DNA from: an uncultured Candidatus Peribacteria bacterium | GTDB taxonomy: Bacteria; Patescibacteriota; Gracilibacteria; UBA1369; UBA12463 | Direction of reading: 5' to 3' | Length of the DNA stretch: 64,000 nucleotides | NCBI GenBank assembly: GCA_964356305.1 | Contig: CAYHGS010000002.1 | Location: forward strand, 3,060-67,059 | Shown: positions 8,978 to 18,542 of the stretch, in pieces | Layout of the letters: every line of letters begins with the position of its first letter | How positions within the stretch are numbered: the stretch's first letter is position 1 | Translations under genes and position numbers: made by a program | Notes under the pieces: model-generated | What the model was told of the DNA's origin: nothing | Seen by the model: the letters and a program-made list of their open reading frames with translations, nothing else | Database searches by the model: none

Positions 8978-10225
8978 TTAGGTTATATGCTTCCAGTAAC
9001 AATCGAGACAGTAGACGACATGCGGACTCTGCGCAGGATAGGTAGTGATTAACGTCTGTTTGCAACTATCACAGAGACGTTTGTACATTTTTCGTTCGTT
9101 GCGAAGGTGTGTTCTCTGGTCCATACGACAATCGGGGCAATAGATGGGAAATGGAATTTTTCTATCGTTATAAAATGCAATTTCGGCGTCCGTCAGGAAG
9201 AATAGTGTGCTGCACATTGTGCATGATCTTTCTTTCTCCGTAGAATTTGTGAAGATTTTATTTTCAGATAGATCCTTGTTTATTAAATCGTAGAGCGAGT
9301 AGATCCCCTTTCCATACAGCATTTTTTTAATTTCCGGAACGGTTTTTTCGTAGTATTCCTTTGTGACCTCCTGGTTGAGAATATAAAAGCTGCGAAACTT
9401 ATTTTTCATGAAGTGGCAGCCGAAGAGATTTTCCCCGTCGAAACAGTTGATATTGTACTCTGAGTCCTTCAGACGGCCGCACCAGTAGAGATGCTGGCAA
9501 CCAAAAAGGTTATCGGAGTACGCAATGTCGTAGGAAAGCTCTACATTGGTCGGAACAGGGCCACAGTCCCAGCTATCACGCGTTCCAGTGTCGAGGTTTG
9601 CCTGGAGAATATATCCGCTATCTTCGGAGTGTCGCGTGTCGAAACAGTAATGACAATTTTTGCTGTGATATACATAATCGCCCGTGCACTCCGTTGTATC
9701 AAACTGGTGAATATACATACGAGGTGTTTTTTGCTTTAGCTCTTCAACTTTCGTGTTGATATCTGAGATGGTTTTCGGGTTTGAAAGATCGAGCGTGCCT
9801 ATAAGCGCCTCATATCCTTCCTTGGTATATTTTATGTTGAAAATATTGTATTCCTGATCACGAAGCCCTACGCAACCGAAACAGTTCTTGCAACGTCGGA
9901 GATCGTAAGAGAATTGAATGGTGTCGCAATTCGCGCAGTCCTGGCAGTTACTTGAGTTGTAGCACTTATCACAGTCCAGACACTCATAGCACAGCTCACA
10001 CTCTTCACAGTGTGCGCAATCGATACTGTCTTTGAGCGCTTTGCTGTCCTCGCAGTAGTATGCGTCGCGGCAGTTTCCGGAGTTGAAACACATGTAGCAA
10101 TCTTTCGAGACGGTGATAATATCGCCGTAATCGCAGTTTTCGCTGCCGCGGGTCCACGACCCGCACTGTGGTTTCTCGAGATATAATTTTCTGAAGTCCT
10201 GAATGAATGTTTCCAGATTTATCAT
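8978..10225 (-). CDS. Cys-rich repeat protein with C-terminal double zinc ribbon, unknown function
   Basis: Dense CxxC/CxxxxC repeats (CAHCEECELCYECLDCDKCYNSSNCQDCANC). The C-terminal CTMCSTLFFLTDAEIAFYNDRKIPFPIYCPDCRMDQRTHLRNERKMYKRLCDSCK matches the neighbouring 89 aa protein. Confidence 0.7.
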   Translation of the reverse strand: MINLETFIQDFRKLYLEKPQCGSWTRGSENCDYGDIITVSKDCYMCFNSGNCRDAYYCEDSKALKDSIDCAHCEECELCYECLDCDKCYNSSNCQDCANCDTIQFSYDLRRCKNCFGCVGLRDQEYNIFNIKYTKEGYEALIGTLDLSNPKTISDINTKVEELKQKTPRMYIHQFDTTECTGDYVYHSKNCHYCFDTRHSEDSGYILQANLDTGTRDSWDCGPVPTNVELSYDIAYSDNLFGCQHLYWCGRLKDSEYNINCFDGENLFGCHFMKNKFRSFYILNQEVTKEYYEKTVPEIKKMLYGKGIYSLYDLINKDLSENKIFTNSTEKERSCTMCSTLFFLTDAEIAFYNDRKIPFPIYCPDCRMDQRTHLRNERKMYKRLCDSCKQTLITTYPAQSPHVVYCLDCYWKHIT

Positions 10226-10244
10226 GAGCTAAGTATAGCATTTA

Positions 10245-10297
10245 CTTTACACTTGTAAAGATTTGTTCTTTTTATTCATGTCATATTATGGTATACT
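10245..10297 (+). promoter_or_regulatory. candidate operator palindrome plus extended -10 promoter for the TrmB-like gene
   Basis: A perfect 7-2-7 palindrome ctttaca-ct-tgtaaag lies at 10245-10260. TGGTATACT lies at 10289-10297. A further tttacac half-site lies at 10310-10316, just before the ATG at 10327. Confidence 0.4.
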
Positions 10298-10326
10298 GTA
10301 AATGATTTGTTTACACTTTTGCCTAT

Positions 10327-11106
10327 ATGCGCGAATCACAAAGCCAACAGAAAGAGCTTGAACGTATTTTGCATCAATTAGGGATTTCGGATATGGCGCT
10401 GAAACTTTATCTCCTGATATCCTCATCGGGCGGAGAGAATTTTTCTCATCTTGCAGAACAACTTCAGATTTCTCGTCCTCACCTCTACAAACTTATTGCC
10501 GAATTGGAGATGCGCGAACTTCTCGTGTGGGATAAAATGAAACTACAGAGTGCGCGATTGCAGCTCTCTCCTCCTTCGACCATTCTCCAAAAAATTCGTG
10601 ATAAAAAACGCGAAATGGATTCCATGGAAAACACATTTGTTACGCTTTTACCGAAATTACTTGAACAATATAGTCAGGGGGATCTTTCTTCCAAGATACG
10701 AGTTATCACCAATAAGGAAGAGTTCCTGGAACTTTTTTTCCAAATCCTTGATGAGGAGGCTCGCATGATTGAATATTTCGGCTCCGCATCGGATCTGATT
10801 GAGTTTATTTCTTGGGAAAAAGAACAGAAGTGGATCGAAAAAAGAGTGAAAAGAAATATTTTTATTAACATTCTGATTCTGCCGAGTGAAGATGCGCGGA
10901 CATTGAAGCGGCGGGATAAGAATGAGTTACGTGAAACACGTATTTTTATGAGCAAGAAGCGCTTTGCAACATCGTATCTTTTATTTGGAAATAAGATTAT
11001 TTTCCTCCAGCCCAATGCACAAAATGCCATTCTGATTGAGGATCAATATATCGTTGAAATGATGAGGGCGATGTATTATTTTTGCTGGGAAGGGACGGGA
11101 AAATAA
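10327..11106 (+). CDS. TrmB-family (winged HTH) transcriptional regulator
   Basis: The N-terminal LGISDMALKLYLLISSSGGENFSHLAEQLQISRPHLYKLIAELEMRELL is a TrmB/MarR-like wHTH. The C-terminal region is of unknown function. Confidence 0.6.
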   Translation: MRESQSQQKELERILHQLGISDMALKLYLLISSSGGENFSHLAEQLQISRPHLYKLIAELEMRELLVWDKMKLQSARLQLSPPSTILQKIRDKKREMDSMENTFVTLLPKLLEQYSQGDLSSKIRVITNKEEFLELFFQILDEEARMIEYFGSASDLIEFISWEKEQKWIEKRVKRNIFINILILPSEDARTLKRRDKNELRETRIFMSKKRFATSYLLFGNKIIFLQPNAQNAILIEDQYIVEMMRAMYYFCWEGTGK

Positions 11107-11185
11107 CTCCTTACATTTGTAGCTAAAATCCTCGACTTTTATTGAAAAGTATGTTACAATACCGTGATAACTTACGTGGATATAC

Positions 11186-14017
11186 ATGCAAAATCCTGAT
11201 ACAAGCCAAACAAGGCTCATACATGCAATTGAAAAACTTTCTGTTCACGATCACCTTTGCTTGATTTATAGCACACGTGAAGAGCAGTTTGCAGCTGCCA
11301 TTCCTTTCATGCGTATTGGGCTGGAGCGCGGAGAAAAATGCATTTACATCGCCGATGACAATACGGCTACGGAAGTACTTGATGCGATGCGCACCGGAGG
11401 TATTGATGTTGATACCTCGCTCAAGAAAGGATCACTTTCCATTATTACAAAGCGGGAGGCATATCTTCGTAATGGATATTTTGATCCGGATGAGATGATT
11501 CAATTTCTCATAGATACTATCGCTCAAGCAAAAAATGAGGGATACGGCACTCTCAGAGTGACCGGAGAGATGACATGGATGCTTGGTGGTGAACCAGGAA
11601 CAGACCGTTTAATTGAGTATGAAGCAAAACTCAATAAAACTTTTTCCACAGAGGAGTGTCTCGCATTATGCCAATATAATCGTAATCGTTTCAGTCCCTC
11701 CATTCTTCTGGACGTAATCCATACTCATCCACTCGTCGTTGTGGGTAATACTGTCTGTAAGAATTTTTATTATATACCTGTTGAAGAGTTCTCAAGGACG
11801 AACAAAGATACATCAGAAGAAGTTGATCGACTGCTCAGTAATTTAATTGATCGCGAGCGAGCGGAAGAAGATCGTCAATCCAGCCTCAAATTCATGGAAA
11901 GCATGGATAAGATTAACCGCGCCATACAAGGATCAAGTAATCTCGAACAGATGATGCGTGACGTACTTGATGTCGTTCTCTCCGTATTTAGCTGTGACCG
12001 AGCATGGCTCGTATATCCGGGGGATCCGGATACCGCCTCATACAAAGTGCCGATGGAGCGTACCAGGCCGGAATATCCCGGTGCTTTTGTCCAGGGAATT
12101 GAGTTACCCGTTGACCCAGAGACTGTCAAATTGTTTCAAGCAGCAAGGGCATCTAGCGATCCCGTGGTATTTGATTCCACGTCAGAGCCCGTACTGCCAC
12201 CTGTATTGACGAAACTTTTTCATGTTCAGTCCCAAATCTTGATCGCTATCTATCCAAAGGTAGGCAAATCATATCTTTTTGGGCTTCATCAATGTTCCTA
12301 TCAGCGAATCTGGACCATAGAGGAGAAGAGATTATTCCAGGAAATCAGCCGGAGACTTACCGATGGCCTGACGAGCTTAGTTATATTTCATGAGTTGCAA
12401 AAAAGTGAAGAAGCATATCGACGAATCATCGAAACTGCCAACGAAGGAGTGTGGGTGATCGATAAGGATCGCAAGACCACATTCGTAAATCCCCATATGC
12501 TCACCATATTAGGTTATGGAGAAACTGAGGTGCTTGGACATACGTTTGATGAGTTTGTAGTTCCGGCAGAACTTCTTGCTCATGAACAACAGATGCAAGA
12601 GCGAAACAAAGGAAATTCAAGTTCGTACGAGCGTCGCATTCACGGGAAAAATGGTCAAGAAATTTGGTGCTATATTTCGGCCGCACCTCTTTTTGATGCA
12701 AATAAACAATTCGCTGGATCTTTTGCCATGATAACGGATATCACCGACCGCAAAAAAGCTGAAATAGAAATTGCCCACGTGAACCGTGCGCTGCGAATGA
12801 TAAGTGAAATCAATCAAATACTGGTTCATACTGTGGACGAGACAACACTCCTTAACGAAGCGTGCCGTGTTGCTGTCGAGATGGGAGATTACCCGTTAGC
12901 GTGGATAGGATTTTCCCAGCAGGATTCGGAAAAAACTATTCTCCCGATTGCGTACTCGGGACTTCATGGGGAATATATTGAAAAGACAAAGCTCACGTGG
13001 GCTGATACTGAACGTGGATGTAGCCCGGAATGCGTGGCAATACGGACAGGGAAAGCCTGTGTTGTGCAAAATATTGCCACATATCCGACGGTTGATCCCT
13101 GGAAAAATGACGCCATAGAACGTGGCTATCAATCAGCTATAGCCCTGCCACTTACCGATCAAGGCAAAGCATTCGGCTTTTATGTAATCTATTCAAATGA
13201 ACTGGATGCATTTACCAATGAGGAAATAAAAATATTGAGTGAGCTATCAGGTGATATTGCTTTTGGCATTGTTGGTTTACGCATGCGCGTTACACAACAA
13301 GCCGAGGAACAGCATATTATCGAACTCAATGAAGTCCGAAGTAAATTTATTAATATTATCTCTCATCAGCTAGGCACCCCACTCACCGCTGTCAATTGGA
13401 ATTTGGAAATGCTCTTAAATGGGAATTTTGGTGAATTAGACGACGTACAACGTAGATTTCTACAAGCTACTCATTCTTCCAGCATTGAAATAACCCACCG
13501 TATTAACTTCTTACTTACCGCCATAGATATCGAAGAAAGACGCATATCGTATGATATTGAGGATATCATTCTTCGAAATCTTTGTGCCGGCGCTATAGAT
13601 GAAATGTCAAAAAAGGCTCATTTAAAACATATTTCTTTAGTATATAACCCTCCGATAAACGATCTAAAAACTATCCGAGGTGATAGCAAAAGGATGAGAA
13701 TGGCCATCGCCATACTCATAGAAAATGCCATCGCCTATACCAAAGATAACGGCAAAATCACCGTGACTCTTCAGCTCACCGACAAGATAGCTCGGCTTGA
13801 AGTGACCGATACGGGCATCGGCATCCCTCAGCCAGAACAACATCGCATCTTCACCCGATTCTTCCGTGCATCCAACTCCTCAACCATGCAGCCAGATGCT
13901 TTTGGACTAGGATTATTTGTCGCTCGTAACTTTATTGAGCATCATGGTGGAAAAATTGGATTTAAAAGCAAAGAAGGCGATGGCAGCACCTTCTGGTTTG
14001 AGATACCGATAATTTGA
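11186..14017 (+). CDS. cytoplasmic sensor histidine kinase, MEDS-GAF-PAS-GAF-HisKA-HATPase
   Basis: The N-terminal HDHLCLIYSTREEQFAAAIPFMRIGLERGEKCIYIADDN is MEDS-like. A PAS S-box is present (EEAYRRIIETANEGVWVIDKD...ITDITDRKKAE). The H-box is FINIISHQLGTPL. N/G boxes are ENAIAYT, DTGIGI and GLGLFVARNFIEHHGGKI. No TM segment. Confidence 0.85.
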   Translation: MQNPDTSQTRLIHAIEKLSVHDHLCLIYSTREEQFAAAIPFMRIGLERGEKCIYIADDNTATEVLDAMRTGGIDVDTSLKKGSLSIITKREAYLRNGYFDPDEMIQFLIDTIAQAKNEGYGTLRVTGEMTWMLGGEPGTDRLIEYEAKLNKTFSTEECLALCQYNRNRFSPSILLDVIHTHPLVVVGNTVCKNFYYIPVEEFSRTNKDTSEEVDRLLSNLIDRERAEEDRQSSLKFMESMDKINRAIQGSSNLEQMMRDVLDVVLSVFSCDRAWLVYPGDPDTASYKVPMERTRPEYPGAFVQGIELPVDPETVKLFQAARASSDPVVFDSTSEPVLPPVLTKLFHVQSQILIAIYPKVGKSYLFGLHQCSYQRIWTIEEKRLFQEISRRLTDGLTSLVIFHELQKSEEAYRRIIETANEGVWVIDKDRKTTFVNPHMLTILGYGETEVLGHTFDEFVVPAELLAHEQQMQERNKGNSSSYERRIHGKNGQEIWCYISAAPLFDANKQFAGSFAMITDITDRKKAEIEIAHVNRALRMISEINQILVHTVDETTLLNEACRVAVEMGDYPLAWIGFSQQDSEKTILPIAYSGLHGEYIEKTKLTWADTERGCSPECVAIRTGKACVVQNIATYPTVDPWKNDAIERGYQSAIALPLTDQGKAFGFYVIYSNELDAFTNEEIKILSELSGDIAFGIVGLRMRVTQQAEEQHIIELNEVRSKFINIISHQLGTPLTAVNWNLEMLLNGNFGELDDVQRRFLQATHSSSIEITHRINFLLTAIDIEERRISYDIEDIILRNLCAGAIDEMSKKAHLKHISLVYNPPINDLKTIRGDSKRMRMAIAILIENAIAYTKDNGKITVTLQLTDKIARLEVTDTGIGIPQPEQHRIFTRFFRASNSSTMQPDAFGLGLFVARNFIEHHGGKIGFKSKEGDGSTFWFEIPII

Positions 14018-14043
14018 GAAGTCATTTCGTAATTTTATATTTA

Positions 14044-15303
14044 TTACGGCTGTAAAATATCTTCCGTCTGTCCATTGATTGAAATGATAACGTCTTGAAC
14101 GGAGGAAAATTGTTTTAGCGTCTGCTTGATCTGGGCAATTATTGCTGCCGTACGACAAGATCCTCCACCGTCTTTTTCTAATTCCGCAGAAAAATCAACT
14201 TTAGCTAATCCATTTTTAATAGTCAGTTTTTGAATTTTTACTCCGCTATTGAGATTGGTTAAATAGCCAAGATTCTTTTCTTTGACCGTCAATCCCTTGA
14301 ATAATTCTTCCAGAGCGGCATACGCCACGGCCGAAGTAGGCTTAATGGAACGATTTACTGCATATACGTTGGAACAGTCGGTTAGGCCTGGGTCAAACTT
14401 AACATTATTGAAAAATATTTTTACTATCTGTGTCGGCGCGGCATCTGGAAAGACGTCCCAAATAATTTTCTTTACGTCTGGAAATTGTTCCAGATTTTTT
14501 TCTACAAATGGCTTCCATGCGCAATAAAAAATCGATGAACCTGCCCACCCATCAGCTGGCCCCATGGAAACAACATTATTTTTATAGGAAACTTCATTAA
14601 CCCGAGTGTAGGATTCATTAAAGGAATTCGCCGTTGCAGCCAAGCTAAGAGTTTTGATAATTTTTTCTTCGGTTGTTAGATTGTCCGGTACTGTTGTATT
14701 TATTTTTTTCGTTAAAGCAGCCTTGAAACCAACACTATCCATATCCGCTCCATTGCAAAACGTTTCGTTCGTATTGTTTTTTTCAAGAATATAATACGCA
14801 ATAGAAGTGTCGCTTAATGTAGAATTATCAATCGTAAACTCCATCTTATTACTTTCTTTTCCCCAAGGTGCTACATATATTTTGTAAATACCTGGAGTCA
14901 ACGTGAGCCAATCCTCACAAGATGCACCAGTATAAAAAACATCTTTCTGGCAAAGCGGTGTTATTAACGTTACCTGCAAAAGATTAGAAGTCGACCCATC
15001 ATCCCCGCGTAGCATTCCCACGATGCCTTTTTCGTTTTCAATCCAAGCATTTTTATCCCCTTCAAATCCAGAAAAATTACAACCATTGATTCCCAATTTT
15101 GTCCCTACTGGACCCGAAACAACGGATAAAGAAGTGATAACCGGCTTGCCTTCCGGTTCGTCAATACAGCTTATTGATTGCATTGACTGTTGTGAAGCGA
15201 GGGCTGGAAGAGTCGTTGCATTTTGAACGGCAAATCGAGTACCGAAACCGATTATAATAATTCCTCCAATTGCTAGAGCGCTTAATGTACATATTTTTTT
15301 CAT
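14044..15303 (-). CDS. secreted or anchored protein with IPT/TIG-like and C-terminal GerMN domains
   Basis: N-terminal TM/signal, PVITSLSVVSGPVGTKLGINGCNFSGF (IPT-like), and a C-terminal ~100 aa resembling GerMN (AVAYAALEELFKGLT...DVIISINGQ). Confidence 0.6.
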   Translation of the reverse strand: MKKICTLSALAIGGIIIIGFGTRFAVQNATTLPALASQQSMQSISCIDEPEGKPVITSLSVVSGPVGTKLGINGCNFSGFEGDKNAWIENEKGIVGMLRGDDGSTSNLLQVTLITPLCQKDVFYTGASCEDWLTLTPGIYKIYVAPWGKESNKMEFTIDNSTLSDTSIAYYILEKNNTNETFCNGADMDSVGFKAALTKKINTTVPDNLTTEEKIIKTLSLAATANSFNESYTRVNEVSYKNNVVSMGPADGWAGSSIFYCAWKPFVEKNLEQFPDVKKIIWDVFPDAAPTQIVKIFFNNVKFDPGLTDCSNVYAVNRSIKPTSAVAYAALEELFKGLTVKEKNLGYLTNLNSGVKIQKLTIKNGLAKVDFSAELEKDGGGSCRTAAIIAQIKQTLKQFSSVQDVIISINGQTEDILQP

Positions 15304-15317
15304 ATAGTCGGTTGTGG

Positions 15318-15653
15318 TTATGTAATCCGTAATTTATAAGCGTGCTTAATCGTCTTAAGAATGGCTGGAACAAAAGGATTACTCTGTACTATTGTTGGAA
15401 AAACTTGTTTACCATCCTTCATCTTTTGCAATAAATTTGCCTGTACTAAGATTTTTAAATGCTGCGAAGCCAGTGGTAAAGAAATGTCCAATATCTGCGC
15501 GATAGCGCTGACGGAAAGCTTTGGCTGTTCTACTAAAATACGAAATATTCTATAACGATTGACATCGCTCAATACTTTAAACGTTGCTGCCATATTTTTG
15601 TCCGTATCGCTAAGGATCTTGAGATTTTTTTGAATTTCCTTTTCGTTAAGCAT
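15318..15653 (-). CDS. ArsR/SmtB family transcriptional regulator
   Basis: FKVLSDVNRYRIFRILVEQPKLSVSAIAQILDISLPLASQHLKILVQANLL is a canonical ArsR wHTH. Confidence 0.8.
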   Translation of the reverse strand: MLNEKEIQKNLKILSDTDKNMAATFKVLSDVNRYRIFRILVEQPKLSVSAIAQILDISLPLASQHLKILVQANLLQKMKDGKQVFPTIVQSNPFVPAILKTIKHAYKLRIT

Positions 15654-15782
15654 AGATTTATTATTTATTACTTGTTTAATTAAATACTTATTTAACTATT
15701 GAAGCTTACGCCTTCATGCGCCACAACGTCAACAGACCACATCAAAAAATGGCATATTGATCTTAAAATAGTACATCTTGAG

Positions 15783-16445
15783 CTATTCTCTATCTGTAAA
15801 TACCACTAAACGCTGAGAATAACTTTTTGAAATTTTGTTCCAAGCGCCTTCGCAGGTAATGAGATTTAGATGAGATTTTCCATCATTTGAATTAAATACA
15901 TCTACGGCGGTTGCGTCTGGATCATATTTTTTTATTTCCTTAACGATAAAGGTAATTGTCGTCCCTTTTCCATTTTTGACATATAATTTATCACCCTTCT
16001 TGAGCGTATTAATGTTATCAAACACCGATCCATCTCCATTCTTCCAGCGGCCGTAATGTCCAACGATCACGGCACTACCCTTTTCGCCGGGGCGTGGTCC
16101 GGCATTGAACCAGGCTGCGTTGGCGGGTGCTTTTGGCACACCAACTGCTCCATCTGATGTTAGACCCACCGACTCAAGCGAAGCGCTAAGATTAATCTTT
16201 GGAATTTGTATTTGGACTGGTAGCGTTAGGCTTGCTTGCTTGCTTGCCACTGCGGCTTTTTTTGCTGTTTTCAGTTTATTTTTTAGCAAGCTTTTTTTGG
16301 CCTGGCTGCTCGCGGACAAAACCGTTTTTTGATACGAACCCTGAGCGGACGGACTCGTGATTATGACAAAAGCAAGCGCCGAAGAGATGGTGATCCCTAC
16401 GGCGCTCATGATAAGCCATGACCTTTTTAAGGTGCTTGATTTCAT
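15783..16445 (-). CDS. sortase family transpeptidase
   Basis: N-terminal TM anchor, VIVGHYG histidine motif and LNLITCEG (TLxTC-type catalytic Cys). Confidence 0.8.
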   Translation of the reverse strand: MKSSTLKRSWLIMSAVGITISSALAFVIITSPSAQGSYQKTVLSASSQAKKSLLKNKLKTAKKAAVASKQASLTLPVQIQIPKINLSASLESVGLTSDGAVGVPKAPANAAWFNAGPRPGEKGSAVIVGHYGRWKNGDGSVFDNINTLKKGDKLYVKNGKGTTITFIVKEIKKYDPDATAVDVFNSNDGKSHLNLITCEGAWNKISKSYSQRLVVFTDRE

Positions 16446-16455
16446 ATCTTACAAT

Positions 16456-17775
16456 TTACATCATTCGTTTTCGTAATACTACAGCAAGCGAAGTAACTGC
16501 TACTATAAACATTCCAACGGGAACAGCAGTATTCCATGGAGTGCCTTCTTCATCTGGACCAATTCCCGACTTTGGAAGTTTTGGAGTAACTACCTCAGGT
16601 TCTGGAGCATAGACAATGGGTACTACTACTGCCACGGGTGTAGGTTTTACGGTTGGTACGGGGGTTGGCGTAGGTACCGGAGTGGATGGTAATGGTGCAC
16701 TCGTAACGGCTACTGTTGCATTCGCTGTAGCGGTTGCCGTAAGTCCATTTGCATCACCCGTTGCCGTAACGGTGTTTGTCGTTGTTACCGAAAGTGTGGT
16801 GGTACATCTGTACTTCCATGATTCACTTACATCAAGCTTCAAGTCTGTATTTGTATCGCCTGATACGAAGTTTACTACAGAGCACTTATCATCCGTAACT
16901 TTTACATTACTCATTGCGACTGTTCCGATGTTTGCTACTGTATAATTATATACTACTGATCCAGGTCCGGCCGTTAATGCCAAAGGGGTTGGAACTTTCG
17001 TAACGCTAATAAGTGGTGCTACAACCGGGGTAGGGGTAGGAGTAGGAGTTGGTACTGGAACCGGAACTGGAACCGGAGGAACAACGCATGTTGCCTTCGT
17101 AATAGTATTTGTATCCAATGTAACCGCTCCATTTCGGGCTAATACTCTACCGTCAACCGTAGCGCCCGTTGTGAGCGTGACCGATGCAGATGCTAAGATA
17201 TTTCCCTTGAGCGTGGAACTTGTTCCAAGCGTTGCGGAACTGCCGACTTGCCAAAAAACATTACAAGCCTGGGCGCTATTCGTAAGCACAACACTACTTG
17301 ATCCTGCTGTGATAAGCGTAGATGCTGTCTGAAAAACAAAGACAGCATTTGGATCGCCTTGACCATCAAGCGTTAATGTTCCCGTGATTCCAAATGTTCC
17401 GGATGCGGAGTTATATACTCCAGGAGTTTTTGTTGTTCCACCAAGCTCTGTACCGGTCGTGGTAGGTGCCTGTCCTGCTGCGGCATTGTAAGCTGTTGTA
17501 AGGTCGTTTTGAGCAGCAAGTGCTGCGCCATCAGCGACGTGCTGTGCTCCACTCACGGTACCAGGACCGAATCCTGTAACTGAAGCGCCCGGACTCAATC
17601 CAAGATCTCCGGTCACTACGGTCGCTCCGGTATTCGTAATTGTAGACCCGGCCAATACAGCAAAACCATCCGCTGTGCCAAGATTTACGGCTGTCGCCGC
17701 TATGGCCAATCCGCTCACGCCAAGCGTGAATACGGCAGTCAACATTGCCACTGAAATTCTATTACGTACATTCAT
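16456..17775 (-). CDS. cell-surface protein, DUF3494 (ice-binding-like) beta-solenoid plus Ig-like domain and sortase sorting signal
   Basis: Signal peptide, then LGTADGFAVLAGSTITNTGATVVTGDLGLSPGASVTGF, typical of the DUF3494 N-terminus. PVPVPVPTPTPTP linkers are present. The C-terminus has LPKSG followed by a hydrophobic helix and an RKRMM tail. Confidence 0.75.
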   Translation of the reverse strand: MNVRNRISVAMLTAVFTLGVSGLAIAATAVNLGTADGFAVLAGSTITNTGATVVTGDLGLSPGASVTGFGPGTVSGAQHVADGAALAAQNDLTTAYNAAAGQAPTTTGTELGGTTKTPGVYNSASGTFGITGTLTLDGQGDPNAVFVFQTASTLITAGSSSVVLTNSAQACNVFWQVGSSATLGTSSTLKGNILASASVTLTTGATVDGRVLARNGAVTLDTNTITKATCVVPPVPVPVPVPTPTPTPTPVVAPLISVTKVPTPLALTAGPGSVVYNYTVANIGTVAMSNVKVTDDKCSVVNFVSGDTNTDLKLDVSESWKYRCTTTLSVTTTNTVTATGDANGLTATATANATVAVTSAPLPSTPVPTPTPVPTVKPTPVAVVVPIVYAPEPEVVTPKLPKSGIGPDEEGTPWNTAVPVGMFIVAVTSLAVVLRKRMM

Positions 17776-17883
17776 ATGCTTATTTTTTATGAGATAAAAA
17801 GCATATTAAAATTTGCCCTCTTATTGACAGCACAACAATAATATTCCCTTTTTGTAAAATTGTTTTATGGTGAAAAACTGATT

Positions 17884-18204
17884 TTACTGCGCTTCTCCGA
17901 ACGCTTCATCGTCTACGTCTGCATCGGCATCGGCCTTTGTGTTTTGGATACGTCCATCGATATGATTTGGCGGAGCATATGTTGTGAAAATTTTCATCGG
18001 AACACTGCCTGTGTTGCGAAAATTATGTTGCGTCCCTGGTGTTACCACGACTACATCACCAGGACCGATCGGCGTCGTCTTGCCGTCCAAAATCGCCACA
18101 CCTGTTCCCGACTGAAAGTAGAGCGTTTGCTCCGTATGCTTATGTGTTTCCTGGCCTACCTCTCCGCCCGGAAGAATATTCATCACTACGAGCTGCGATT
18201 TCAT
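17884..18204 (-). CDS. cupin domain protein
   Basis: GGEVGQETHKHTEQ...GDVVVVTPGTQHNFRNTG matches the two cupin motifs. Confidence 0.75.
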   Translation of the reverse strand: MKSQLVVMNILPGGEVGQETHKHTEQTLYFQSGTGVAILDGKTTPIGPGDVVVVTPGTQHNFRNTGSVPMKIFTTYAPPNHIDGRIQNTKADADADVDDEAFGEAQ

Positions 18205-18464
18205 TCCTGTAAATTTTTTACTTGCTCGCCTGTTGCTCCTATTCGCATCGTTTTTGTAAATGACTTCATGCTCATTTCCGTAGGCACATTCGGTTTCCCT
18301 GTTACAGCATCACTTTTCGGCGCTAATTTCTCACCCTTCTGCTGTAGCCCCTGAACTACTGATGCGAAATCCGGCCCTCCGGCATGAACTGCAGCGGGGA
18401 ATAGACAGAAAAGAGCAACAAGAGAAAATGTAAAAGATGTTCTGCTTTTTATTTTCATAAACAC
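18201..18464 (-). CDS. small secreted protein, unknown function
   Basis: Signal peptide (FSLVALFCLFPAAVHA). Its stop overlaps the cupin start (ATGA). Confidence 0.45.
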   Translation of the reverse strand: MFMKIKSRTSFTFSLVALFCLFPAAVHAGGPDFASVVQGLQQKGEKLAPKSDAVTGKPNVPTEMSMKSFTKTMRIGATGEQVKNLQE

Positions 18465-18542
18465 ATATATTTGACGAGTTGATACGCTTACATATTTTTT
18501 ATGTTCCTATCATACTCCACTCTTTATTTTTTTCACAATACA

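Noticed and set aside
16990-17100. Short tandem ggaaccggaactgga / ggtaggggtaggagtagga repeats that might look like a repeat array
   Set aside because: They are in-frame coding for PVPVPVPTPTPTP linkers of the surface protein. They are not spaced repeats or a CRISPR array.
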